DNA of 63,667 nt, counting the filler, from Candidatus Woesearchaeota archaeon (GTDB lineage Archaea > Nanobdellota > Nanobdellia > Woesearchaeales > GCA-2685855), in assembly GCA_002685855.1 (NCBI GenBank). It is 5 parts of 5 records of this genome, joined end to end, with 100 filler letters (N's around TTAATTAATTAA, not from the genome) between each part and the next. Parts side by side here need not be neighbours in the genome. Positions count along the whole stretch, not along the records: positions 38,222 to 53,885 come from NYYS01000014.1; positions 53,986 to 63,667 come from NYYS01000015.1; 3 more parts are not named here. One strand, given 5' to 3'. A model generated the notes under the pieces. That model saw nothing but the letters and a program-made list of their open reading frames with translations. It was not told the origin of the DNA and made no database searches. Both the position numbers and the translations under genes were made by a program. Shown here in pieces: positions 49,572 to 60,711 of this stretch. Position 1 is the stretch's first letter. Every line of letters starts with the position of its first letter.

Positions 49572-51883
49572 TGAATAAAACAAACACAAAAGCACAGATA
49601 ACCCTCTTTGTAATCATCGGACTCTTCCTCCTCATCACAATAGGTATAGTAATCTACATACAAACAACAGCAATGACAGCAACACCAAACCTTGAACAAC
49701 TCGATGTCTCAACAGAAGCAAAACCCCTCCAGGAGTTCGTCACAACCTGCATCGAACAGGTAGGAAAACAAGGCCTGAAAAAACTTGGTAAACAAGGTGG
49801 CTACATCTCACTCCAAGGCCTCCGCATCAGCCCCCTTCCTTACGACTCAGACGCAGTCATACACGAACCATACATCGTTCCCTACTGGCTCTACATCGAT
49901 GACTGTCCATCCTCATCATCCGGCTGTTCTGCATCAAAACAACCCGCACTCTGCCCACTCGACAAAGAATGCCTCCTTGACGGTGCCTCAGGAGAAATAA
50001 ACATCGAAGAAGAACTCTCCCTCTACATCAACCAAAACCTTGACAGCTGCCTCAACGACTTCACATCATTCACAGACCGCTTCGACATCCAAAAAGGGGA
50101 AATACAAGCACAAACATTCACCCAGGAAAGCGGCGTCCTCCTCAGAGTAGACATGCCCTTGGAACTTACCTCAACATCAACAGAGTTCTCAGAATCAATC
50201 CCCTACTTTATTGGATCCCTAGATCTCAAACTCAGCACAGCCTACAAACTTGCAGAAATAATTGCGCAAAATCAGGCAAACTACACCTTCCTCGAAACCA
50301 CTGTCCTCGACCTTATTCACATCTACTCAGGACTCGACTCAGACCTCCTCCCTCCCTTTGCACAGACATCCCTCTCAGGAAAAAAAGTCTTCTGGATCAC
50401 ACCCGTAATAAAAGAAACACTGCGCTACGACGTCCTTCCCTATCTAAACTTTATGCAGATCATGAACGCTCAAAACTACGATCCTATAATACTCGACGAA
50501 GTTTCAGAATACACAAACTACGGAACAGGAATCTATAGACATATGGAGATAAAACTCGACGAAGAGCTCTACCCGCTCAATGCAAACTTTGTTTACCCCT
50601 ATTCCGACTTCTATCTCAACATCAACGACGAAACAATACTAAAACCAGAATCAGTTGATGACTGGGCAATGAAACTCATAGGAATCTTCTTTGAAAAATA
50701 CGAGCACAAATATGATATTGCTTTCCCTGTCCTCGTAAAACTCGAAGACCCCGAAGCATTCGACGGAGAAGGCTGGGAGTTCTGGTTCGCCCTTGAAGGA
50801 AACATACAAAACAACCGCCCTGTCATCCCCGGTTCAAATCCTGTCTCCTTCCAATCAGGAGGTGCATCCATAAACCTCGACGATGAAAGACACAAACCCA
50901 ACATTACCCACACAGTCATCGTCAAAGACAAACTAGAAGGATTCCAACTAAACAAAGTCCACATTACTTACACCTGCGGAAAAGAGTTCTACCTCGGAGA
51001 CACACACTATAATGCAGACCTAGAACGTAGCGAATGGACAGGAAAGATGCCCTTCTGCCAGTTCGGAGGTGTAATAAACGCTAAAAAAGACGGCTACCAG
51101 GGAAACGGTATACAGTTCAACAACCACGACCAAACAAACCCAGAGGAAATCACAATCGAGCTCTGGCCTCTTGAAGAAAAAGAAGTATTCGTCCAAAAAC
51201 GAACAACAGAAAACATCGAGAACATCGACAACTTCGGTGTTGGCGCTATACGAATCTACAAAGAAGAAGCAACCAACCTCTCAATCAACGACACCCTCTA
51301 CATCAACATCCAAAAATACAAGGATTCTCCTCATGAAGAAACCATTCCTATGGTGGGCTTCCTCCTATACAAATCAGACGAATTCAACCAACAGGAAATT
51401 CTCGATGACCAAAAAGAACAGCTCGAAGACGCATACACCCGAGGTGATCTCTCAGAAGAAGACTGGCAAATCCTCCTTGACAACCTGGAAGAGGCAGGCA
51501 ACACCCAAACTCCTGAAGATCAAGAACACGTCCTTGAATTTGTTCCAGGAAAATATGCAGTAGAAGCAACACTTCTGCATGCAGATCTCACCATTCCTGA
51601 ATCAAGTGAACCCATCTGTCCCCATGTCTGCTGTGGAGTCTGGCCCTGCGGCGACGAAGAAGAGATCATCTACCCTGAACAACACTTCTCCCAATTCCCC
51701 AGCGGAGGACTAAACATTAATATAACACTCACCGAAAACGACATCTACCAATCTAAAGACATCCTCTTTTATCTGTTTGAGCAAGTCATCCCTGAATCCT
51801 GGGACCAATTAACAGAAAGAGCTTCCCTCGAAGAGCTCCACGACGACTACCGCTACCTCCTCACCCCTATATTTATAGAATAA
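49571..51883 (+). CDS. Large protein with class III (pilin-like) signal peptide
   Basis: TKA|QITLFVIIGLFLL; FVTTC..GKQGGY. Confidence 0.85.
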   Translation: MNKTNTKAQITLFVIIGLFLLITIGIVIYIQTTAMTATPNLEQLDVSTEAKPLQEFVTTCIEQVGKQGLKKLGKQGGYISLQGLRISPLPYDSDAVIHEPYIVPYWLYIDDCPSSSSGCSASKQPALCPLDKECLLDGASGEINIEEELSLYINQNLDSCLNDFTSFTDRFDIQKGEIQAQTFTQESGVLLRVDMPLELTSTSTEFSESIPYFIGSLDLKLSTAYKLAEIIAQNQANYTFLETTVLDLIHIYSGLDSDLLPPFAQTSLSGKKVFWITPVIKETLRYDVLPYLNFMQIMNAQNYDPIILDEVSEYTNYGTGIYRHMEIKLDEELYPLNANFVYPYSDFYLNINDETILKPESVDDWAMKLIGIFFEKYEHKYDIAFPVLVKLEDPEAFDGEGWEFWFALEGNIQNNRPVIPGSNPVSFQSGGASINLDDERHKPNITHTVIVKDKLEGFQLNKVHITYTCGKEFYLGDTHYNADLERSEWTGKMPFCQFGGVINAKKDGYQGNGIQFNNHDQTNPEEITIELWPLEEKEVFVQKRTTENIENIDNFGVGAIRIYKEEATNLSINDTLYINIQKYKDSPHEETIPMVGFLLYKSDEFNQQEILDDQKEQLEDAYTRGDLSEEDWQILLDNLEEAGNTQTPEDQEHVLEFVPGKYAVEATLLHADLTIPESSEPICPHVCCGVWPCGDEEEIIYPEQHFSQFPSGGLNINITLTENDIYQSKDILFYLFEQVIPESWDQLTERASLEELHDDYRYLLTPIFIE

Positions 51884-51908
51884 AAAATATAATATTGAAA
51901 TAATTGAA

Positions 51909-53885
51909 ATGATCAGAAAAACAAAATTAAAAATTTGTGCACTTCTCATGATCTACCTTACACTATCCTTAATGCTCTTCTCCTCAAGCACCCTAGGCAT
52001 CCTCGACTACACAGTAACCGGTTCAACAAACATCGAAGGCTACCGCGCAGTTGATGACAGCCTTCTCATCGAAGCAACAACAGACACCCAAGCCTACTTT
52101 GAAATAGCAGGTGGAGACACAATCGAGCTTGCCTGTATAGATTCAGGATTAGGAAAAGACTGTATCTTCCACATCGAAGGAGAAAAATTTGTGCCCGGAG
52201 CCTACGGCTTTGACCTCACCCAAGACCCGCCAGGAGTTCCCATCCTGAGACAAGGATTCTTTGTATCCGATGGTGAAGCTCCAGATATATCCTTCTACAT
52301 CACAGGAAACAACGGATCCCTCATACTCGGCTACAACCTCACCGACACTGCATACTCAGGAGCACCCTCAGACGTCTGCAGCGGAATCCAGAAGATAGAC
52401 CTCTTTGCAAACAGCGCCCTTGTAGAAACATTTCAAATAGGCGGCGCCAAAGACAACTGCCTCCTTTCAGGAGAGAAAACAACTCCTCTCCTCGACCTTG
52501 TAGGCGACACAGAATTCCATGTCAGAACATGGGACAACGTACTCAACACAAAAGACAGCCCTTCACAAACCGTAAACATCGACTTCTCAGCACCCATTAT
52601 CTCATCTACCTTTCAACTCTACGACAATGAACGCTTAGTAACCACGCTTGGAAAAACATCAATCGAAGTTCCCCTCGATGTTGTTCTTGATGTAGAAGAA
52701 GCCAGCCTCGATACAGTAACAGCAGACCTTCGCTCCCTCACCCAAAACCCCCTCTCCTGGCCCGCCCTCCAAAACAGACCCGCAGTCTGCACCCAACAAG
52801 GCACCAGCTACAGCTGCAGATGGGAAGACGTACCAGTACTCCCCGAATCAGAAACCCTTACCATAACAGTAACCGCAACAGACACAAAAGGAGAATCATC
52901 CACAACAGAGGCATCAGCAACAATCCCCTTCAACACAAACATTCCCATTTCATCATACGTTGGCGTCCCCGAAGCAAACTGCTACCAGGAAAAATGCTAT
53001 GTAAAAAAAGGATTTAACAAACTCGAAGTAAGAGGAACAGGAGGAGGCGGATTTTCAAACCAGAACGTCTGGTTCTCAACAGGAAGCATATCAGAGATCC
53101 AAAAACTTAAAGCCAACACCTGCACAAACACCACCCCCTGGGCCTGCAACACCGACGTCGACATCACAAAAGGAAACGATGCTCAAACACTCTATATAGC
53201 CCTTGCCCATCCTTCAACCGACGACCTTGGAGTCCTCATCGAAGGAGAAACAGAAGGCCACGTCATCCTTGATGAAAACCCTCCCGAAGCCATCTCTGAA
53301 GTCCTCCTATCCAGTCCCTGCGCTATCAACCCGGAAACACTCACAATCACAGTAAACGTTACCGACACAGTATCTCCCTACATCGCAATCTACGCCCACA
53401 CAGGTGAGATCTCATCAAACAACTACACAGAAGCACAATGCACACCACTCCCAACAGAAAACGATTGGAACTGCAAACTCGAAATCACCGACCTCGTTTC
53501 CTATGCAATCACTACAGAACTTCCCATCTATGTCATAGACCTTGCACAAAACAAACTCGACCTTTCACAAGAAATTGACATCTGCGAAGCAGAAACAGAA
53601 GCCACTCCCAACTACATCACCGGAATCTCAGTAGGCAGACATGGAATGATCGACAAACGCGTAGCATCTGTCACCCCCTTTAAACTCTACATCCCTCTCA
53701 CTATCAGCATATCAAATGCCCAAATCCTCACACAAAAAGTTACATCCTGCAGAGCAGAAGACCCCAACCTCGGAACAGACCAGATGGGATTTGTCGACGG
53801 AGAAAACGCCTACCTCCTCAACGCACACTCCAACAACCCCATCCTCGCAGTCTACATCGGCGGAAAACAATCCCTCATGTCCGAC
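51909..53885 (+). CDS. Secreted Ig-like protein paralogous to 45090, truncated by contig end
   Basis: EGYRAVDDSL vs NGFRAANDSI; CSGIQKIDLF vs CSGINKVELY. Confidence 0.85.
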
Positions 53886-53985
53886 NNNNNNNNNNNNNNN
53901 NNNNNNNNNNNNNNNNNNNNNNNNNNNNNTTAATTAATTAANNNNNNNNNNNNNNNNNNNNNNNNNNNNNNNNNNNNNNNNNNNN
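53886..53985. other. Artificial contig linker
   Basis: N-run, TTAATTAATTAA, N-run. Confidence 0.99.
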
Positions 53986-55700
53986 AGTCTGGAAAGATCC
54001 TCTGATAATCCATCATTCCGGGCCTCATCAATAATCTTTTTAGGAATATGCAGATCTTCCAGTTTTTTATACACATCACTCCGGTTATTTTCCAGAATCT
54101 GAAGACGCGGATCATCTGGCTTGTATTCTGCCCGTGCATCCTCAACGAGTTTAATCTCATTCACAACCTTGTTGAACTCTTTTCTCTGGCTAAGCACCTT
54201 TTCATGAAGGTCTTGCATCTCCAGGAGATCACTTTGGAGCTTCTTGATCTTTTCCTTTTCATCAAGGATGAGCTGCTTCTTCCGTTTTATCTTTACACTA
54301 ACTCCAGAAATCTGGTCAGCGATCATCTGAACTAAAGAACGATCATTCTTCTTTTTCTTCTCTTCCAACTGGAGCATCTCGTCTTCCAGTTTTCTAATCT
54401 CCTCTTCAATAGTAGGAATGTCCTGTTCTTTTCGCTTAATCTGCTCTTCAATATCTTGGACACTATGATCAAAAGCATCCTTCGCTCTTCGCTTCAAATG
54501 TTTCAAATACAAAGAACCAAGTAAAGGCATATTTCTTGTATGAATTTTCAAAATATTCAATCTCCCTTCAGCACTCGGAACACCAATATCCATCTCCCTG
54601 TCAAAACGTCCCGGCCTTCGCAACGCAGGATCTAAATGATTAGGAATATTTGTCGCAGCAATCACAATAACTTTCCCCCTGCTCTTCAGCCCATCCATCA
54701 ATGCAAGAAGCTGAGCAACAACACGCTTCTCAACCTCGCCATGGGTCTCCTCCCGTTTCGAAGCAATCGCATCAATCTCATCAATAAAAATAATGCTGGG
54801 AGCATTCTTCTCTGCCTCTTCAAACTTCCTTCGAAGATTTTCTTCACTCTGACCATAATATTTCGACATAATCTCCGGACCATTAATAAGATAAAAATTC
54901 GCATTGGTTTCATTCGCAACCGCCTTTGCAAGCAACGTCTTTCCCGTACCCGGAGGTCCATGAAGCAACACCCCTTTTGGAGGATCAATTCCTAGCTGTT
55001 CAAAAAGTTCCGGATGTTTCAATGGAAGCTCAACCATCTCCCGTACCTTTTTGATCTCATCCTCTAACCCGCCAATATCCTCATAACTAATATCAATAGC
55101 CTTCTCCTCTTTCAACTCAACAGCCTCAGGATTAAACACAACTTCTGTATTCTCGGTAATCAAAACAGCCTGCTTTGGAGCACAATCAGCCACAATAAAT
55201 TTTAAATCACCAAGACCGAACCCTACCAGCGTATCATCTAAAATAGAAAACATCTCATCAAAAAGAGGACTCTCGCTCAGCGCAGATTTTCTTCTCCTTG
55301 TACCTCCCAAAGACACAAGATCCCCCTTGACAACAGCACGTCCTAACAACCCTTGTTTAAATATAGAAGGATTCGCCCGAATCATCACTCCTTGGGAAGC
55401 AGGAGCAATCGTAACCTTTTTGGCCTCTTTAATCTCAGCCTTTCTGATCTTTACACCCTCACCAATAGATGTTTTTGCATTTCTTCGTGAAAATCCATCC
55501 ATACGAATAATATTCAAACCAATATCGCCCGGAAGAGCCCGGTCTGCAATCGCAACCGTACTTCTCTGACCCTCGATCTGCACAATATTCCCTGGCCGAA
55601 CATCAATATCTCTCATAAAATTAGAATCAATTCTCACAATGCCTTTATTGACATCTTCTTGAATCGCTTCAGCGACTTTGAGCAGGATTTCTTGAGCCAT
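53986..55700 (-). CDS. cdc48: Cdc48/VAT AAA+ ATPase with long coiled-coil insertion, truncated by contig end
   Basis: N domain, [39 protein letters not shown]. Confidence 0.95.
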
Positions 55701-55736
55701 AGCATATCACGCTCTTCAATTGACAGAACTTTTTCT

Positions 55737-56156
55737 TTACTGCTTATCTGTATCCTTTGGTTCAATCTTTGGAAGCGGAACCGGAGGCGGCAAATTTACA
55801 TCTCTGCTAAGGATGATCGCCTGAATATTACACTTTGAAAGGATATTGTTCAGAATAGGAGTTGCGACCTCTTTTCCTAGTCGTTTGGTCTTCTTCCAAT
55901 CTTCAAGAATCTTATTTCCAACCTCTTTCTCCTCCAATGTCAGCACTTCACCCTCAATTGAGATAAGAGCAATATCAGGATCATACTTCGAGGTAAATTG
56001 AAATTGAAAACTAAGAGATATTTTTCCTGGATCAAGCTTTAAAGGAGATATTCCTACATTGTTTATTGCTACATTGTTGTTAACATTAATCTTTCCTTGT
56101 TGGTTGGACTTTTTCTGTGCCAATATTTTTGTAATATTGAATCCAATAATTGCCAT
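55737..56156 (-). CDS. Hypothetical protein upstream of cdc48 (possibly SecB-like fold)
   Basis: MAIIGFNITKI...NLPPPVPLP; fold is inference. Confidence 0.75.
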   Translation of the reverse strand: MAIIGFNITKILAQKKSNQQGKINVNNNVAINNVGISPLKLDPGKISLSFQFQFTSKYDPDIALISIEGEVLTLEEKEVGNKILEDWKKTKRLGKEVATPILNNILSKCNIQAIILSRDVNLPPPVPLPKIEPKDTDKQ

Positions 56157-56309
56157 TGTACCACCTTCTATGGGGGTAGCCCATATGTTTATAAAGCTTT
56201 CTCATACAGACCTAAAACCCTTCTACTTCCTTAACAATTCATTTATAAATCCTAAAACAGCTATTTGTCCACAAAAAACTTTATAAATGTACTCGCAACT
56301 AGGTTAATC

Positions 56310-57167
56310 ATGGAATCTGTCCTTTTTGTTAAATCAGCACTGCCCAATCAGCTAGATAAGGCTTTAAAAACAGTATTTGAAGCAGCTATTAAAAAGAGCA
56401 ACAGGGTAGTAGTAGTTCAAAGAATGGCCCCTCCAAGGGCACTCCCTGATCTGGATATCACAAAAGATGTCATAAGACTTCTGATAGAGATGAATGCAAA
56501 ACCCTTTCTCTATGATTCTCCCAAAATAGAAGGCCCTCTGAAATCAGCAAAAGAGTATCTTAAAGAGGCAAAACAAAATGGATACACTCGAGATTCATTT
56601 AACTGCCCAGTCATTGTAGGAGAAGACCCGTTCTCCACAAAAGCAGGAACCCTTAAAATAGGAATATGTAGAGATATCTATGAAAGTGATGCACTTGTCA
56701 TCATTAATAGATTTTCTGGATCCTCTCTTCTTGGTGCCAACACCGCCCTCTCTAACATTGCCAATAATGGTGTTGTGATCGCATCAAAAAAAGCACTAGG
56801 GGAAGCAGCAGAAAAAGAACAAGATAAAAAAGTGCAGAAAAACCCTCGAAAAATTGACAAACACATTGCTGATGTTGGAAAAGCTCTCCTCTCCAAATTC
56901 AGAAAGAAACTCGTTATAATTAACGATGCACGAAAAATTTGCATGACAGAGGGAATATATGAAGAACCCGGCAAGAAGATAGCAAAATCAGCAGGAATTT
57001 TTATCGGCCAGGACATACTATCTGTAGATGCAGCAACCATTGATGCAATTCTAAAAAAAGATGGAAGCGTCTTCACAAAAACATACAAACTCAACCCTAT
57101 CTTCCATCTTCAGGAAGCCCAATCAATCGGCTTAGGATCAATGGATTTTGAACTTACAAAACCCTAG
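56310..57167 (+). CDS. DUF362-like protein (divergent)
   Basis: PFLYDS, SDALVIINRFSG, DILSVDAA, AQSIGLGS. Confidence 0.65.
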   Translation: MESVLFVKSALPNQLDKALKTVFEAAIKKSNRVVVVQRMAPPRALPDLDITKDVIRLLIEMNAKPFLYDSPKIEGPLKSAKEYLKEAKQNGYTRDSFNCPVIVGEDPFSTKAGTLKIGICRDIYESDALVIINRFSGSSLLGANTALSNIANNGVVIASKKALGEAAEKEQDKKVQKNPRKIDKHIADVGKALLSKFRKKLVIINDARKICMTEGIYEEPGKKIAKSAGIFIGQDILSVDAATIDAILKKDGSVFTKTYKLNPIFHLQEAQSIGLGSMDFELTKP

Positions 57168-58057
57168 TTCCATAATCTCTCAAACTCTTCCTCATACTCT
57201 GTGGCAATATCCTCATCCCAAATAATAAGAAGATTTTCATCATTCCTCTCATTCCCATTCTTCGAAGGATTATAACTCCCTGTCACAACAACAGATCCGT
57301 CAACCACAAAAAACTTATGGTGAAGCTTTCCTGATCCTGCATACTTCTTTGAATGCTCCTCCAACAAACCATAAACAGAATACTTCTCATTCAACCGAGG
57401 ATCAAACAATCCCCTACTCTCAACACCCTTCAATCCAACCAAAATAGATCCCAACCTCTTATCAGTAAAACTAAAAACAGCAAAATCAACAGACTCTCTT
57501 CCATCACCAAGAATCTCCCCAACACGATCAGAACAACCATCCTCAGGACAAAACAACGTTTCCACAACCCTGCCCGACAGATTCACAACAGGATACGGAG
57601 TCGCATACGCCCTATAATCCCGTAACTCGTCCCATTCTCGTCTATAATTCTCAGCAATCAAATCAGACTCAATAACAACAAGATTATTCTGATTCTTCTC
57701 AAACCCATTCCCCGTAGGATTAACAGAACCTGTAACAACAAGATCCTCACCAACACAAAACTTATTATGCATCAAACCCTTACTATACACATACCGTCCA
57801 TACCCATCAAAATTCTCTTCATACACTAACACCTCTGCATTCCTCTTCTGAAGAAAATCAATAAACTCATTATCAGAAAGATCATAGAACGCACATAAAA
57901 AACCAGATTCAGTCTTAAACACCTCCATCCACACACTCCTACAATCCTCCTCTGGACAAAAATATACATCGACTGTTCCTTCATCATACGGAATGCCCTT
58001 ATCACAACCAATAAACAAAAAACAAAGAACCACCAACAAAACAATACCGACATGCAT
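57164..58057 (-). CDS. Phospholipase D-family protein/nuclease, membrane-anchored
   Basis: HNKFCVGE..TGSVN (D replaced by E) and HHKFFVVD..TGSYN; start 58057 or 58141. Confidence 0.9.
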   Translation of the reverse strand: MHVGIVLLVVLCFLFIGCDKGIPYDEGTVDVYFCPEEDCRSVWMEVFKTESGFLCAFYDLSDNEFIDFLQKRNAEVLVYEENFDGYGRYVYSKGLMHNKFCVGEDLVVTGSVNPTGNGFEKNQNNLVVIESDLIAENYRREWDELRDYRAYATPYPVVNLSGRVVETLFCPEDGCSDRVGEILGDGRESVDFAVFSFTDKRLGSILVGLKGVESRGLFDPRLNEKYSVYGLLEEHSKKYAGSGKLHHKFFVVDGSVVVTGSYNPSKNGNERNDENLLIIWDEDIATEYEEEFERLWN

Positions 58058-58119
58058 AAACCCACAAGAAATCCTTGCCTTAAAGAAGCTATTCCTGAAA
58101 AAATCGAAGATCTTTCGAA

Positions 58120-58629
58120 CTATCTCTCCAAGAACTCCCAACTCTTCCGCAAACCAAACGCCGTTCCTGGAAGAGATTTCTCCATCTCCCTTTGAAATTC
58201 ACTAATGTGAAACACCTCTCGCTTCTCCAGCCCAAGAAGATCATTCGCAATTCTGATCTCTTCCTCACTTACCGAGGTAAGAAACCCTTGAACAATATTT
58301 TTGCACACTTCATCCCTCAAAAAACTCTCTAAAAGAAAACTCCCAACCCGATCTGCAGAAACAGGCGTTAACGTACACGAACCATTTGGAGAACTAACCC
58401 GTTCAACAGGAATCCTCTCATGAAAAATCTTCTTCAGAAAATGCTCTGCCAACCCCACACTAGCTCCCCCCAAATCATAAAGGCAGATTTTCTTCCAGCT
58501 TCCCACATCCTTATCCCTGATCTCTTTTCGAACCCGCCGTTCCATCCTTTTTAGAAAACAGTGCCGACAAACACCATCAGACTCATAACTAAGATCTATC
58601 TCTGCCTTCTTTCCACATCTGCAGTTCAT
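58120..58629 (-). CDS. Degenerate TtuA/Ncs6-like protein (N-terminal Zn finger, no PP-loop)
   Basis: CRCG...CRHCFLKRMERRVRKEIR; SGGKDS absent. Confidence 0.6.
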   Translation of the reverse strand: MNCRCGKKAEIDLSYESDGVCRHCFLKRMERRVRKEIRDKDVGSWKKICLYDLGGASVGLAEHFLKKIFHERIPVERVSSPNGSCTLTPVSADRVGSFLLESFLRDEVCKNIVQGFLTSVSEEEIRIANDLLGLEKREVFHISEFQREMEKSLPGTAFGLRKSWEFLER

Positions 58630-58833
58630 ACAAAAAGGAATTCTTCTACATTTATATAACCTGCACCTATTTTTACCAGAAATCGTCACAAACTTGGAAC
58701 GAAAACAGACGATGTTTCTACTCGAGAATGGTTTCAAAACAGAAAGATATAAATAGAAGATTTCCCTACAAGCACAAATATGCTCACCTCTTTTTCCCGG
58801 GAAGAGTCCAATTCGTTGGATTCTTCCAGGGTT

Positions 58834-60504
58834 TTATACTCTTCCTCTCTTTATTCTAAAACCCAGAAATAATCCAATTAGCAGTCCGGAAACAGCACCT
58901 ATCAAAAACACGCCTGCCCACTCAAAATCCCAAGGAAGCGAGAACCCTCTTTTGGGAAAATAAACATCAAGATGACTTAACTCTAATGCATACTCTGCAA
59001 AAGTTAATCCGGAAAAAGGATCAGTATCCCGAAGATACCGCGCATACTCCAAATAACTATATCCTAAAATAGGAAACACACCTTTCTTTTGTTGATCAAT
59101 AATAACCTCTTCTGCCAATTCAAGTTTTGCATCCAAAAGCTTTTCAATCTGATCCGAACTAACCGTAAGACTACTAATGATTAAATCTGCTTCAGCCTTT
59201 GCCTTTGACGCACGAAACAAACACAACTCATGTCTGCCCTGTTCAAACTCATAATAGCCATACCTCAACTCCTCCTTTGCAGAATCCAAATACAAAGGAA
59301 GATAAAGAGCAGCATAATTAATCCGTTCCTCTGCCTCAGTAAGCTTCTCAATACAGCCCTTCTCTAAAGTTGATTTATCCAAGACTAACTTCTTTCCCGG
59401 CAAACCAAAAAACTTACTCCAACTCAACGCCGTTGAATATCTCTCCAATGCAAATGCAGTATCAACACCTGAAGGTTCAGGAAGTGAAATAAAATTTAAC
59501 GCCTCAACCACGCGCTCCTTCACAATCATATATGCCTCAAGATCTGTCAACGTTTCCAGCTCCCTCTCCTCCAACCGCTTATCAAGATCAAGAAGCGCTT
59601 CCCGAATCTTTGCCGATCGAGAAACCGTATCATTTATCTCTAAATACTCATACGTCCGAAGGCGAAGATTAGAAGTATAACACAAACTTGCAGCAGTATA
59701 ATAATGACCAAGCTCCTTTTCATCCTCTCCCCGCACATAATAATCTAAGGAATTATTAAGTAACGCATAGGGCGTTCCATTCAAAGCAATCCCGTCCCAT
59801 CGTAACTCAAAAATCCGTGAAGCCTTAGAACAAAGATCCTCTGCCAACTCTTTCATGGTGGTTGTATAACTTTCAGGAACAACGATCTCCCCTGACTCCT
59901 CTCTCATCGTTTTCCCTGTGAAAACACTCATCGCTTCCTTAATATTAGAAATAGGAACAACTTCAATTCCAGGAACACTTAAAGATTTATTCTTAAGTGA
60001 AAGAGATGGAATCAACGCAACACCATATCCCTGATCCCGTGCAGCAACAAGCTTCTCAGGAATCCCTGCAACAGGCCCCACCAATCCCCCACTATTAATC
60101 GTTCCAGTAATCACAACATTCTCACTCAGATCCATATTTCCAAGAAGACTTATCGTAAGAACAGTAATCGCTGCCCCAGCACTCGGCCCACCCACAATCG
60201 TACTCTTACTCCTAATCTGATAGAAAAAATCATACTTATCACAATCCTTTTTCAAAAAATCACACGCAACCTTCTTTGCAAACCGCGTACTAATCTGAGT
60301 ATCCAGCTTTGTCAAAGGAAAGCTATCAATAAACACCTTTCCTGTTCCCGGCTTAATCTCCAGATAGAGATCTGCCACACCCCCAACTGTTTCATTTCCA
60401 TCCCCTTCAGCAACCGTTAACAGAGGAATATGTCCTGATTGGGCAGAGCTCAGGCTCGGTAAAAGCAGAACTACAAAGAACACCAATAAAATCTGCCGAT
60501 TCAT
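58834..60504 (-). CDS. Secreted/membrane-anchored Lon-like (S16) serine protease without ATPase
   Basis: GGPSAG, ITGTI, GPVAGIPEK Ser-Lys dyad; signal peptide and C-terminal TM. Confidence 0.9.
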   Translation of the reverse strand: MNRQILLVFFVVLLLPSLSSAQSGHIPLLTVAEGDGNETVGGVADLYLEIKPGTGKVFIDSFPLTKLDTQISTRFAKKVACDFLKKDCDKYDFFYQIRSKSTIVGGPSAGAAITVLTISLLGNMDLSENVVITGTINSGGLVGPVAGIPEKLVAARDQGYGVALIPSLSLKNKSLSVPGIEVVPISNIKEAMSVFTGKTMREESGEIVVPESYTTTMKELAEDLCSKASRIFELRWDGIALNGTPYALLNNSLDYYVRGEDEKELGHYYTAASLCYTSNLRLRTYEYLEINDTVSRSAKIREALLDLDKRLEERELETLTDLEAYMIVKERVVEALNFISLPEPSGVDTAFALERYSTALSWSKFFGLPGKKLVLDKSTLEKGCIEKLTEAEERINYAALYLPLYLDSAKEELRYGYYEFEQGRHELCLFRASKAKAEADLIISSLTVSSDQIEKLLDAKLELAEEVIIDQQKKGVFPILGYSYLEYARYLRDTDPFSGLTFAEYALELSHLDVYFPKRGFSLPWDFEWAGVFLIGAVSGLLIGLFLGFRIKRGRV

Positions 60505-60711
60505 GAAAAGGAGAATGCCTCTTCTTTATATATTTCCTTTGTTTCATAACCCCTCAAACCCCTAAAATTACCATTTTTAAGTGGTTAACTTCCGATATCT
60601 TTTTAAATTAGTCTATTTTTCAGTAAAAAGAAGGCAATCCCCCTGACCTCATCCTCAACCCTTGAAACAAGAGTAGATGGAAAAAGACCAACAGGAAATA
60701 CTCCTGACGCT

